A stretch of DNA of 64,000 nucleotides, taken from positions 64,001 through 128,000 of the forward strand of contig CAVZPM010000009.1 of assembly GCA_963777155.1 (NCBI GenBank). The letters run 5' to 3'. Shown in pieces: positions 29,446 to 39,740 of this stretch. The position numbers and the translations under genes were made by a program. The notes beneath the pieces were generated by a model. It was not told the DNA's origin. It saw only the letters and a program-made list of their open reading frames with translations, and searched no databases. Position 1 is the first letter of the stretch. Each line of letters starts with the position of its first letter. Source of the DNA: Candidatus Bathyarchaeota archaeon. GTDB taxonomy: Archaea > Thermoproteota > Bathyarchaeia > Bathyarchaeales > Bathycorpusculaceae.

Positions 29446-29784
29446 TTAGAATTTCTCGAGAAACTCTTCAAAATTCTTCCTATCACGCAGACACTTGGGG
29501 CATACACAGCTAAACGGCAAATTCTTAGTCGTGCAAACCTCGTAATACTTGCAGTTAGCGCAAGGAAAGTCTTTACCGCATCGGGTGCAGCTTTGAAGAA
29601 AAACCACTTCGCTACCCAAAATGGCGCTGGTGGCTTCCATGATTTTTTCGATGTTGTTGCAGCTCTTTATGGAGAAGGTGCCTTGGTCACGGTTATAATC
29701 CAGCCCTAGGTGCATCAGCGAGACAAATTTTTCTTTCTCCAGCCGCGGAAGCTTGAAAGCTTTGCTGTTCAAAACCAAAACCAT
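29446..29784 (-). CDS. hypothetical protein with C-terminal Cys-rich (8 Cys) putative metal-binding domain
   Basis: CTRC....CANC....C.......CVCPKC; 2 bp downstream of rfcL. Confidence 0.7.
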   Translation of the reverse strand: MVLVLNSKAFKLPRLEKEKFVSLMHLGLDYNRDQGTFSIKSCNNIEKIMEATSAILGSEVVFLQSCTRCGKDFPCANCKYYEVCTTKNLPFSCVCPKCLRDRKNFEEFLEKF

Positions 29785-29786
29785 GC

Positions 29787-31025
29787 TTAATACCTGCTCA
29801 TTTTGATTAGGAAATCCACTTCTTCAGCCGTAAACTTAAACCAATCAATAAGGATGTTGGATTTTTGTCTTTGAAGTATCATCTTGATGTAGGGCACAAA
29901 GTCGTGTTTGGCAATTTCGTGAGATACATGGCATTGGGCGCCGATTTTTCCACAGATGGCGTCCAGCATGCTTCTTTTTCCTTTGGTCCAAAACAGCGTA
30001 ATGATGCGAATTGGGGGCGAGATGAACTCGAATTGTTTGTAGGATTGGGGGTTTACTGCGGCTGCCTGCGCTAACTCATTGAAGAAGTATTTTAGGAGGT
30101 GCCAGTTTTCTGTGCCTATTCTGCCTCGGTACATGTCTGCTTGGGACACAAAATCGTACGCCTCCGCAAGTTCTCTCGGGTCGGTGTATCGACGTGGCAA
30201 GTTGTCGCTGACAGAAAGCAGGAAATCGTCGTAGTCGATGCTTGAATAGCTAAGCAGGCTTGTAACTTCAGCTATTGATTGAGCCGAAAAATACCGTCTT
30301 AGGGTTTCGTCCATGCTGATGTCTTTGTTTCTGGAGCTCAACATCACGGTGTCCTGCAAGGTTAAAGAATGGTTTTCTTCGCTTAGACTCTGCAGGTCGT
30401 TTATGGCTGAACGCACATCGCCCCGGCTGTTCTGCGCGATTCGCTCCAGCGCTTCAAACTCCGCTTTCACGTGTTCAAGCAGGCATATTTTTTGTAGTAA
30501 AGCAATTATCAGAGGAATACGCACTTGCTGAAAACGAACAAGCAAACACAACTTCTTAAGCGGACGAAGTTTGTCGATATCAGGGTCGTTTGCAGCCATA
30601 ATGACCGGGACAAGCGATTCATCTATAATTTTCATTATTGCGTTTACGCCACCTCGGTCTTCGTTGCCTGCTATGCCATCAACCTCATCAAGGAAGAGCA
30701 TGTTGCCGCTTTTTTTGGGCACCCCAGAGAAATTATCTAACGCCATGTAAGAGGTAGCCGGTTTGGCAACCGCGTTAACAGCTTTCTCTGAACGCGTATC
30801 GCTAGCGTTCATCTCTATTATCGTAAAACCAAATTCTTTTGCGGCGGCATTGGCCAGCGCAGTTTTTCCAACGCCGGGCGGACCGTACAACAAAACAGCT
30901 TTTTTAGTATGCCTCTTATTCTTAAGCCATTCAACGAGAAGTGACTTGGCTTCTTCGTTGCCCACTATGTCTTCCATCTTTTTTGGGCGGTATTTTTCAA
31001 CCCAGAGCAGGTCATTTCGCAGCAT
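29787..31025 (-). CDS. rfcL: replication factor C large subunit
   Basis: WVEKYRP, GPPGVGKT, EMNASD, LDEVDG, GDVRSAINDLQ. Confidence 0.95.
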   Translation of the reverse strand: MLRNDLLWVEKYRPKKMEDIVGNEEAKSLLVEWLKNKRHTKKAVLLYGPPGVGKTALANAAAKEFGFTIIEMNASDTRSEKAVNAVAKPATSYMALDNFSGVPKKSGNMLFLDEVDGIAGNEDRGGVNAIMKIIDESLVPVIMAANDPDIDKLRPLKKLCLLVRFQQVRIPLIIALLQKICLLEHVKAEFEALERIAQNSRGDVRSAINDLQSLSEENHSLTLQDTVMLSSRNKDISMDETLRRYFSAQSIAEVTSLLSYSSIDYDDFLLSVSDNLPRRYTDPRELAEAYDFVSQADMYRGRIGTENWHLLKYFFNELAQAAAVNPQSYKQFEFISPPIRIITLFWTKGKRSMLDAICGKIGAQCHVSHEIAKHDFVPYIKMILQRQKSNILIDWFKFTAEEVDFLIKMSRY

Positions 31026-32019
31026 ACTTTTCCTCTATACCTTTCCCAAACTTCGCAAACTGAGCCAAGAGTGCGCTTAGCTGGATGTCGCTGTTGGCAC
31101 CTTGTGTTAAGCGGTAGTCATATTCGCCGATGATGCTGGAGAGGTCAGCTTTCTGTTCCGGCGTGAGGTCGGACATTTTGAAGATTTCCCGTTGGACTTG
31201 TCGGATGATTTCATTGCCTGAAAAGCCAAAGGAGCCCATTATTTCATACATTGTTTTTCTGGCTTCGGTAAAGTCGCCGTAGAGGGCTTTTCGAATCATT
31301 TTTTGGACCTGCATGGGGCTGGCTTCGCCGATGACCATTGACACCGTCTTCTCGTCCACACAGCCTTCCTTGTAGACAGAGGCGGTTTGCAGGGCATTTA
31401 TTGCATGCCGCAGGTCGCCTTCTGAGTAATCTACGATTCTTTCGGCGGCGGTAGGTTCAAGCGTTACATTCTCTTTTTTGGCTATCCATTGCAAATGGTC
31501 TTTCATTGCTTGTTTATCTAATCGGGAGAAGCGGAAGATGGCGCAGCGGCTTTGGATGGGCTCAATGATTTTGCTGGACTGGTTACATATTAGGATGAAT
31601 CTTGATGTGCGGCTGCTGGTTTCCATGATGCGCCTAAGCGCTGTTTGAGCTGGACCTGTCATCTGGTCGCATTCATCCAGAATGATTAGTGCAAAGGGGA
31701 TGTCGCCAAAGCCTGAGCGGCTGTAACGAGAGAAATCTTTAATTCGGTCCCGCACAGTGTCGATGCCTCTCTCGTCGGAAGCGTTAAGTTCAAGAGTGAA
31801 ATTTCTCCAGTTTGCTCCGTAAAGTTCGTGGGCTATGGCTAATGCGATGGTGGTTTTACCTGTACCTGGAATGCCTGCAAGCATAAGGTGAGGCATGGTT
31901 TTTGGTTTCTTCATAAATGCTTTCAGGCTCTCAGTGATGTCTTTTAAGCCCACGACGTCGTCGAGAGTTTTAGGGCGGTATTTCTCGACCCACATAAGTG
32001 CTTCTTCATTAACGGACAT
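31012..32019 (-). CDS. rfcS: replication factor C small subunit
   Basis: WVEKYRP, GIPGTGKT, ELNASDERG, LDECD, AQTALRR, IQSRC; no intein. Confidence 0.97.
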   Translation of the reverse strand: MSVNEEALMWVEKYRPKTLDDVVGLKDITESLKAFMKKPKTMPHLMLAGIPGTGKTTIALAIAHELYGANWRNFTLELNASDERGIDTVRDRIKDFSRYSRSGFGDIPFALIILDECDQMTGPAQTALRRIMETSSRTSRFILICNQSSKIIEPIQSRCAIFRFSRLDKQAMKDHLQWIAKKENVTLEPTAAERIVDYSEGDLRHAINALQTASVYKEGCVDEKTVSMVIGEASPMQVQKMIRKALYGDFTEARKTMYEIMGSFGFSGNEIIRQVQREIFKMSDLTPEQKADLSSIIGEYDYRLTQGANSDIQLSALLAQFAKFGKGIEEKYAAK

Positions 32020-32101
32020 TAGTTAACCTTCCACAATAAATTATACAGTAACTTGCTCTAATTACTATTTTATCTTTCTCTAGAAAAAAGAATTAGCGAA
32101 G

Positions 32102-32449
32102 TTAGCCGATTTTGCTGCCTTCAGCGATGTCTTTTTCTGGCTGCAACACCGAAACATTGCCTGTCGCGTCCTCAGCGGCTAAAATCATGCATTGCGATTC
32201 GATACCCGCAATCATTCGCCTCTGCAAGTTAAGCAGAAAAACACATTTTTTGCCCACCAACTCCTCGGGCTTATAGTACTTGAGTAAACCTGCAACTGCC
32301 TGACGTTTCTCCGACCCAAAATCCACAATTAGTTTAATCAATTTTTTCGATTCAGGAACTTGGATTGCTTCAACTATTTTTCCTATGCGTAGCTCATTTT
32401 TTTCAAAATCAGCGAACGTTATTTCATCAGCCATATACTTCACGCCCAA
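32102..32449 (-). CDS. stand-alone tRNA-binding OB-fold protein (MetRS C-terminal/Trbp111/CsaA family)
   Basis: ITFADFEKNELRIGKI, KLIKLIVDFG, NLQRRMIAGIESQCMIL. Confidence 0.88.
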   Translation of the reverse strand: MGVKYMADEITFADFEKNELRIGKIVEAIQVPESKKLIKLIVDFGSEKRQAVAGLLKYYKPEELVGKKCVFLLNLQRRMIAGIESQCMILAAEDATGNVSVLQPEKDIAEGSKIG

Positions 32450-32595
32450 ATGGTAGTTTACGACGTGTTTAGATATTTACTTTACTTTCGAGGACAAGAT
32501 ATCCCTATGAATCTTCTCAAATTAGTTCTTATGATAAGCAGAATGGTGAGTTGCGGGCTTTTAAAAGAAAAATTCTTGGTTCACTTTGGATACTT

Positions 32596-33259
32596 TCATG
32601 CCTTACTCTTGGTTGGTTTACGTTTGATTATGCGTTTTGCGGGTTCAAACCGTTTTAGCTCGTCCTCAAGCGATTTCCTGCGAACTTCTAAAGTTATATC
32701 GCCTCGTGTGCTTTCGATGATTCTTCGGGCGATGTCTGATTTATGGCGGAGTCCGGGTACGAGCATGTAGGCTTCATCAAGTGCCAGCAGTTGAATGAAG
32801 ACTTCATCCATAATTTGGAGGCATCTTTCACCCTTCTCTACTGAACCTACTCGAAGATTATCAAGCGCCAAACGTCTATATTCACCAATAACGTCGGCTA
32901 AACCCAGCACATAATCCACAGAGGGCACATTAATTTCGGATGGTGTCACAAACCGCCCTTCCTTAACCAAGACTAAGGAAAATGTTGGCTTCCGAATACT
33001 CTTGGAATGCAGCGCTCAACATACCGCCATAGATGATTTCGGGATACTGTTTAGCTTGAGTTTGGAGACTTGCAATTTTTTCTTTTGCAATCTCAACCAT
33101 TTCTTCCGCCTCATTTAGTCTTTTTTGGTGAACAAGCAAAATAGACTGCTTCGATAGGCTTGTGGCTTTCCGCATGCTCTCATGGGTTTCTTCACGTATC
33201 TGGTTTTTCGCCATAAGCTCGATCTTTACTTCATGTATTACTGCTTCTAAAGTGGACAA
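32596..33259 (-). CDS. translin/Trax-family protein (one +1 frameshift near 32967, probably sequencing error)
   Basis: QEYSEA (upstream frame) joins YVLGLADVIGEYRR...GLRHKSD (downstream frame). Confidence 0.85.
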
Positions 33260-33319
33260 AACTGCACCTACAAGAAAGACTGTTTTGGTTGTTTATTTCA
33301 ATTTCTCAAGCTAAATAGC

Positions 33320-33514
33320 TTATGGCTGTTTAGAGTCTACCCATTTCTCAACCAGTAATTTGCTGTCACCTAATGCGAAGCTTACTTTGACAAAAATCGT
33401 GTCGCTGCCTTTGAACGGAAACATGCTATCTTCGGCTAAGTCTTTTGGAAGGTAGACTAAGTATTTGCCGTCTTTTCTTCGGAATAGTCGACCTCTTCCT
33501 TCGCTCACCATCAA
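33320..33514 (-). CDS. small hypothetical protein, possibly AbrB/SpoVT-like DNA-binding
   Basis: GRLFRRKDGKYLVYLPKDLAEDSMFPF looped-hinge-like pattern; own TATA-like element upstream. Confidence 0.6.
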   Translation of the reverse strand: MMVSEGRGRLFRRKDGKYLVYLPKDLAEDSMFPFKGSDTIFVKVSFALGDSKLLVEKWVDSKQP

Positions 33515-33665
33515 GTAATCGCTTGGTTGAAGAAGGGCAGAAAATAAGTATTTAAATTTATACCAACTTAGGCGTTTTCATTTTTGGAGTAAATAGGTTC
33601 ATCAAAGCAGAAACTGGAGAGAGGCTGTTCTATTGTCCAATTTCGTATCGATAGCATATAAACAA

Positions 33666-34637
33666 CTAGTTGTTCCCAACCTGCATTGGCTTATCTAGAC
33701 GACTCAGAAGAACTACTCGGCTCTCAGGTGCCTCATTGATGATTTTATACCCTGTTTTCTCGGCTAGATGGGCAGCAAAATCCTTGACTTCTCCATGTTG
33801 AGGCATGCAATCAAAACCCAAACGCAGATTTGAGAAACCGATGTGCATGTAGGCTTTTGCTTCAATATAGGTGGGATTGGCATTTTCAACAAGTTTGGCA
33901 TATTGATCAATTAGGTTCATGTTGTGTTCCTTAACCAGAGTCATTCGGACAACGGTTGGGCAGCGGAAACTCTGTAGTAAACCCAGCGTTTCGTTTAGTT
34001 TTGTCCAAGCGCCAGGGAAGAGGGGGCGGCAAACTTGTTTGTAGACCTGCTCGTTTGGTGCACATACGGATATGTAAAGTTGGGTTGGTTCGTGGTTTAG
34101 CCTGGAGAGTCTGGAAGGCAAAGTGCCGTTTGAAACTAAGAAGGTAGTTAATCCTTTTTGGTGGAAGGTGCGAATAAGTTCGCCCAGCGGCTCATAGAGC
34201 GTAGGTTCACCCGTCAAGCTTATCGCCACCTGTTTAGGTTGTTGAGCTTCTTGGAATTTGCGCCAATTTGCCTTTTCGTTACCCTTGTAGCCGCTCAAGA
34301 TTCTTTCTTGCGCCCTGAAACAACCCTCAATAATCTCTTCGGGCGTGTCTTTAGAGGGGTTTTTCATCTCATCCCATGTAACCTCTAGATCGCCGCTCTG
34401 CGCTCTCCAACAAAACAGACATTGATGCGTGCAGGAGTAGAGAGACGGCGTCATCTGAATGCATCTGTGCGATTGGATGCCATAGAACTTTTGTTTATAG
34501 CATACTCTCCCGTTAACTATGGATTCATAGAGCCATTTACACCTTTTAACTGCTGAGTGACTGCCAATCAAGTGGTATTTTTGTTTCTTTAGGGCATCTA
34601 AAAGAGGTGAGGCAGAGTTGTTTTCCAAGATGTACAC
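33666..34637 (-). CDS. taw1: 4-demethylwyosine synthase Taw1/TYW1 (radical SAM)
   Basis: HSAVKRCKW, CYKQKFYGIQSHRC, CTHQCLFCWR, ISLTGEP, IEAKAY. Confidence 0.96.
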   Translation of the reverse strand: MYILENNSASPLLDALKKQKYHLIGSHSAVKRCKWLYESIVNGRVCYKQKFYGIQSHRCIQMTPSLYSCTHQCLFCWRAQSGDLEVTWDEMKNPSKDTPEEIIEGCFRAQERILSGYKGNEKANWRKFQEAQQPKQVAISLTGEPTLYEPLGELIRTFHQKGLTTFLVSNGTLPSRLSRLNHEPTQLYISVCAPNEQVYKQVCRPLFPGAWTKLNETLGLLQSFRCPTVVRMTLVKEHNMNLIDQYAKLVENANPTYIEAKAYMHIGFSNLRLGFDCMPQHGEVKDFAAHLAEKTGYKIINEAPESRVVLLSRLDKPMQVGNN

Positions 34638-34838
34638 CGAGTTTCTGTAATGAATAGGAAAGGCGTCTTTTAAAAATCCCTCTGCCTATGAGCCGTCTGT
34701 CTGCGCGGACATGTGGTTTAACTGTTTTTCCGTCCCTTCGACGGGGCGACTGTTTAAAAGGTAAGGTTTAAAATCATCTCTTAGTTAAATCATCAGCATC
34801 AAGGATATCGGCTGTCTGTTTAGGAGTGCAGAATTGAT

Positions 34839-36928
34839 TTGAACAGAAAAATTACTACAGTTTCCATCCTATTGCTTATGGCGTTTGCTGTGGTGGCTAT
34901 GCCCCTTGAAGTTTTTGCCCAGAACACCAACCTGGGTGTATCCATTATCCAGTTATCCCCTAACACGGGAACTGGAACAGTGGGTAGCCACGTGACCCTT
35001 CAAGGAACAATCTACCAAGCAAATGGTACATACCAGGTGATACTTGGAAAAGTTGTCGTTGACAGCGGCAAAGCCCAAGGGTACTATGTTAATTCGAACT
35101 TTACTATCCCTGAACTTCCCAGCGGCTCATATTCATTAATCCTTAGAGATTTCAGTGTCAATGTTAATGCTTCCCAGTCATTTAGTGTTTCAACAGCATA
35201 CTTGATAAGTCCCAGTCAGACTTCTATTCCAAGAAGGAGCCAGCGTAAGCTTAACCGTCAGCGTAACGGGCGGTCAAACAGGAATTTCATATGGCGCAAA
35301 CGTCGCGGTTGTTTTCCCGAGTCCACTTGGCTCAATCTACACAAAAACCGTCAGTCTGGGAACCCCTAACAATAAGGGAACAGCAAGTGTGACGGTAACT
35401 TTCCCAGATAGCAGTTTTTCTCCCAGTGGTTCACTTACTGACTATGCTGGAACGTATACGGTTTACTTTAACCAGTCTCAATCTCTTGCCCAAAATACCT
35501 TCAGAGTCGGCTTTATCGATAAAAGCACATATCATCGAGGCGAAACTGTGACTGTACGGGCGACAGGTTACCAACCTAACGTGGCTGCAACTCTTACCGT
35601 AGCAAGCGTTAGTTCTGGTTCAACTCTTGATACTGCTTCTGTAACTTCTTCAGCAGAGGGTATAATCAGCACAACCTGGGTAGTTTCCTCCAGTGCTGAC
35701 GTTGGCGACTATACAATAAGGCTGTCAGCACAAACTAATTCTAAAACGTTACAGGATGCAGAAAACTTCACTGTTACGGGTTACGCAATTAATATTCGAA
35801 CAACCAACCTGGCAGGACAAATTGTCCCCGTCGTATCACTTCAAGCCAAGGATGCAGCAAGCGGCACAGTGCATAATGCGGTAAGTGACTCAAACGGTGT
35901 TGCTAACTTAAGACTTGAAAAAGGCACGAGCACAATAACCGCGTTATGGAACGGTGCTAACGTTGGAGAAAGTAACATCACAGTTAGCGGGGATGGGACC
36001 TTTACCATAAGTTGCCAGTTAATTAATTTGAAGATTAACGTCAAAAACACAGCAGGTATAGTAATGCCCTTTGTCGACTTAAACATAACCTACCAATATC
36101 AAAGTAGTAGCGGAACAAAAACAGGAAACTCCGCCGGTCAAACTGACGCTTCAGGAAGCTACACGTTAACCTCAACTCTGCCGGCAGCAAGCTATACGAT
36201 TGACGCCTCAGTTTACGGTCAAATCTTCAATGCAGGCAACAATACCGTCAGCAATCTTCCAACTTATGCAACAGCTCAGGTGTATCATTATTGCTCCAAG
36301 CGAAACCTTGACCCTAAATGTGGTTGGTTATAACCAAGAGGCAATTTCGAATGCCCGTATAGAATTAGTAGGGTTATCAAATGGCTTGTTCTATTCAGCC
36401 ACAACCGATACTAACGGTGCGGCTACGATTCAAGCTACATTTGGAATGTATCGCGCCCGAATCTATAAAGACAACATACTTGTCAACGAAACAAACTTGG
36501 AGATTTTCAGCACAAGCCACCAACAAATTCACTGCACATTGTTTGGCATCCAACTCACCGTTACTGTCGTTGACTTCTTTGGTACACCTATCTCAAATGT
36601 TAACGTGACACTAAATGGACTAGAAAGAATATCTGCCCAGACGCAAAGCAACGGAAAAGCCACTTTCAACGACATCATTGGCGGTAACATGCAAATAATA
36701 GCTCAAGCTTCAGGAATACAAGACGCTTATCAAGCGGTGACACTAACCGTTAACCAGCCTGATGCATTACAGATAAAAATCGACAAATACGTTACTATCG
36801 GCTCACTATTAATACCAGCTAGCTTGCTAATCTCAATCCTGATTGTATTGGCAGCTGTAATCGCGTTGCTCCTTGTCGAGGTTTACTGGCGAAGAAGAAC
36901 CAAACATGTATCTGCTAACGCCACCTAA
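34839..36928 (+). CDS. large secreted Ser/Thr-rich beta-sandwich repeat surface protein with C-terminal TM anchor (two +1 frameshifts near 35230 and 36281, probably sequencing errors)
   Basis: signal peptide; repeated 'TD..G' carboxypeptidase-regulatory-like modules; many N-x-S/T sequons; TM plus RRRTK tail; three ORF pieces join in frame on removing two single bases. Confidence 0.75.
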
Positions 36929-37013
36929 TTTTCCTCTTTTTCTAGAAAAAAGTTTATATGGCTTCCAAATCACATAGAGAAAACTAAAGACGGACAATAA
37001 ACAAAATTTTGAA

Positions 37014-37325
37014 TTGACAATTGAGGTGTATCTGTTGGCTCAATCAAAAGCTTGTTCTCCAACGTGTCAATCCTTTAAATGCACAAAAAATGCAGCGATA
37101 TTCCGACGGGACTCAGTGTGGTGCAGAGAAGCTGAAGAGAATTGCAACGTAGCAAAATGCACCTACTCTATGTGCTTTAAGCGTCGTTACCTACCCGGAG
37201 GCGTCTGTGGCGAAACAGTCAAACGCAAAACTGTTGAGCGTGAAATTGACGATGGCTTCCCTGAGGAATCAGTTAAACTCAAGGGAAAAGCATTGCGCAA
37301 ACTCGGAGACCAAGACTTCTACTAA
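37014..37325 (+). CDS. small Cys-rich hypothetical protein
   Basis: CSPTCQSFKC...WC....C....C....C........C (8 Cys); TATA-like element upstream. Confidence 0.65.
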   Translation: MTIEVYLLAQSKACSPTCQSFKCTKNAAIFRRDSVWCREAEENCNVAKCTYSMCFKRRYLPGGVCGETVKRKTVEREIDDGFPEESVKLKGKALRKLGDQDFY

Positions 37326-37375
37326 AGAATTCTTTAAAAACAAGATGGCTCGTGCAATAACACGAGTTTTTCTTT

Positions 37376-37537
37376 TTATTTCGATTTAACCCGTTTAACT
37401 ACTGGCGGCTTAACTTTCTTTAGAATTCTGTACCCGCAAATGATGCATTTGGTTTCTCCGCCCCGTAGCTCTAACTCTTCGGATGGCACTCTTGAGCCGC
37501 ATCTCATGCATTCATAAACAATTCCAGATTTTTCCAT
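37376..37537 (-). CDS. rpoP: RNA polymerase subunit Rpo12 (P)
   Basis: YECMRCG...KCIICGYRILKKVKPPVVKRVK. Confidence 0.93.
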   Translation of the reverse strand: MEKSGIVYECMRCGSRVPSEELELRGGETKCIICGYRILKKVKPPVVKRVKSK

Positions 37538-37614
37538 AGGAACGCCTGTTCCTACAAAGAAAAGCATTTTACTTTTAAACATTTCCAATACTTGCTAGCA
37601 ATGAGGATGGTTAG

Positions 37615-38475
37615 TTGAGAAAACGACTCCGCGACAAGGTTTCAGATGCTCTATCGAGCGAACAATTGAGCAGAGTCTACAGTTCCTTTGATATTGTAGG
37701 CGACATTGCAATCGTTAAGCATAACAATGTCCAAAACCCAGAAGTTGTGGCTAAGCAAATCATGACTATCCATAAAAGGGTAAAAGCAGTTTTCAGCCCG
37801 GTCACCCGCATAAAGGGCGATTACAGAGTTAGGGCGTTGAGGCTTTTATCGGGAGAATATAAGACTACGACAGTTCACAAGGAGTGGGGGTGCACTTTTA
37901 GGGTTGATGTTGAAAAATGCTATTTTTCGCCCCGTCTCTCTTTTGAGCATAAACGTATAGCTGGGTTTGTGGGTGTGGGTGAGGTAGTTGTCAACATGTT
38001 TGCGGGTGTGGGTTGCTTTAGTATTCTCATCGCTAAAAACGCATGTCAAAGCAAGGTTTATTCGATTGACGTTAACCCAACCGCAGTGGAGTACATGAGT
38101 GAAAACGTTAAAGCGAATAGTGTTTCCAACCAAGTCTTTCCCTTGCTTGGTGACTCAAAAGAAATAATCCAAACTCAACTACAAGGCGTCGCTGACCGTG
38201 TTCTTATGCCTCTGCCCGAGAAAGCCCTCGTGTATTTGCCGTTTGCACTTTCAGCGCTCAAAAGTACGGGTGGTTGGATACATTATTATGATTTTCAACA
38301 TGTACAAAGGAAAGAGGATCCCGTGGAAAAAACAAAAATTAAAGTAGCTGAAAAACTCGACGAATTAGGATTCAAGTATGTGTTTGCCAATTCACGTGTT
38401 ATTCGTCCCACGGGTCCAAACTGGTACCAAACCGTCTTAGATATACACGTTACCTGTTTACCGGGCAAGTTTTAA
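37615..38475 (+). CDS. Trm5/Taw2 (Met-10)-family tRNA methyltransferase, Trm5a/Taw22-like
   Basis: SFDIVGDIA, YFSPRLSFEH, NMFAGVG, RVLMPLP; lacks the N-terminal D1 domain. Confidence 0.85.
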   Translation: MRKRLRDKVSDALSSEQLSRVYSSFDIVGDIAIVKHNNVQNPEVVAKQIMTIHKRVKAVFSPVTRIKGDYRVRALRLLSGEYKTTTVHKEWGCTFRVDVEKCYFSPRLSFEHKRIAGFVGVGEVVVNMFAGVGCFSILIAKNACQSKVYSIDVNPTAVEYMSENVKANSVSNQVFPLLGDSKEIIQTQLQGVADRVLMPLPEKALVYLPFALSALKSTGGWIHYYDFQHVQRKEDPVEKTKIKVAEKLDELGFKYVFANSRVIRPTGPNWYQTVLDIHVTCLPGKF

Positions 38476-38515
38476 TAACATAACGCCCAACTATTCTATT
38501 CCGTGGAATACAAGT

Positions 38516-38785
38516 ATGAAACGAAAACTGATGGAAATCCTTGCTTGCCCGATCGACAAATACCATCCCCTTGAACTTTATGTCTTTGAAGAAAAAGATG
38601 AGATAGTTGAAGGCTTAATCGTTTGCCCTAAATGTCAAAGATGGTATCCAATTCGTGACGAAATTCCAGAAATGTTGCCTGATGAATTGCGAAAAGAAGC
38701 AGATGATTTGCCCTTTCTAAAGAAGTGGAAGGCTAAGGTTTCCCCGAAAATCGTTTCTGAAGGCAAACCTTTCAACCTAAAATAA
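38516..38785 (+). CDS. trm112: Trm112-family methyltransferase activator
   Basis: LMEILACPIDK..PL...EGLIVCPKC.RWYPIRDEIPEMLP. Confidence 0.92.
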   Translation: MKRKLMEILACPIDKYHPLELYVFEEKDEIVEGLIVCPKCQRWYPIRDEIPEMLPDELRKEADDLPFLKKWKAKVSPKIVSEGKPFNLK

Positions 38786-38789
38786 TTTT

Positions 38790-39740
38790 TTAGTTTTTTA
38801 TCTGTACTGCTTTGTTTCTTATTGAGGATTCAATAGCTGCTGTTGCGACTGCCAAGGCTCTTACGCCATCTTCACCTGTGACGATGGGCTTTTTCTTCTC
38901 CACTATGCAGTCAACGAAGTGTTGTAGCTCTGCTTTTAATGGTTCTTGGAAGGGGTAGCGTGGCTGGACGCTTTGGGTTTGCTGTTCAATCCAAAGGTCC
39001 TGTGTAATGTAATCGAGCCGCATGATGGCATCGCTACCTGTAACTGTCAACGTTCGGGTTTTATAGGGTGTTAGCCAATTGGTTTCTATAAACGCGCTTT
39101 TCCCGTCAGCGTACGTGAGCATTATGTGGGCGTAATCTTCGAATTTTTTAATGCGCATACTACCCATCTTTGCATAAACCGAAATTGGATCAGCACCCGA
39201 AATAAATCGCATAACATCGATATCGTGAATCGCCGTATCCTTGACAACACCAACGTCTCCTATGCGTTCAGGCCATTGTGAAACACGTTTGGCTGTTGCG
39301 CAAACCAGTTCACCGATTTTTTTGTCTCCAACTGATTGGCGAATTATCTGTAAACCTGGAATGAACCTCATAAGGAAACCAACAGTCAAATGCAACCCGT
39401 TCTCCTGGGCCGTTTTGACTAGTTTCTGTGCTTGTTGTGGTGTGGTTGCCATTGGTTTCTCTACCAGAACATGTTTTCCCGCGTTTAGTGCCTTCATTGC
39501 TTCTTGAGCCAGGATTGTTGACCATGTGCAAACATTCACGGCTTGGATCGTCTTGTCCTTAAGCATCTCTGTGCTGTCTGAATATGCTCTTACGCCGTAC
39601 TGCGCCGCCATAGCTTTAGCTCTTTCAGAATTAACGTCACATACCGCAACCAACTCTGTTGATGGCAGTTCTTTGTAGACTCTTGCATGGTTCTTTCCCC
39701 ATTGACCCGTTCCAATTACTGCTACTCCAAGCTTAGTCAA
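38790..39740 (-). CDS. Gfo/Idh/MocA-family oxidoreductase (probable UDP-sugar 3-dehydrogenase)
   Basis: VIGTGQWG, HVLVEKP, DVGVVKDTAIHDID, NWLTPYK. Confidence 0.88.
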   Translation of the reverse strand: MTKLGVAVIGTGQWGKNHARVYKELPSTELVAVCDVNSERAKAMAAQYGVRAYSDSTEMLKDKTIQAVNVCTWSTILAQEAMKALNAGKHVLVEKPMATTPQQAQKLVKTAQENGLHLTVGFLMRFIPGLQIIRQSVGDKKIGELVCATAKRVSQWPERIGDVGVVKDTAIHDIDVMRFISGADPISVYAKMGSMRIKKFEDYAHIMLTYADGKSAFIETNWLTPYKTRTLTVTGSDAIMRLDYITQDLWIEQQTQSVQPRYPFQEPLKAELQHFVDCIVEKKKPIVTGEDGVRALAVATAAIESSIRNKAVQIKN

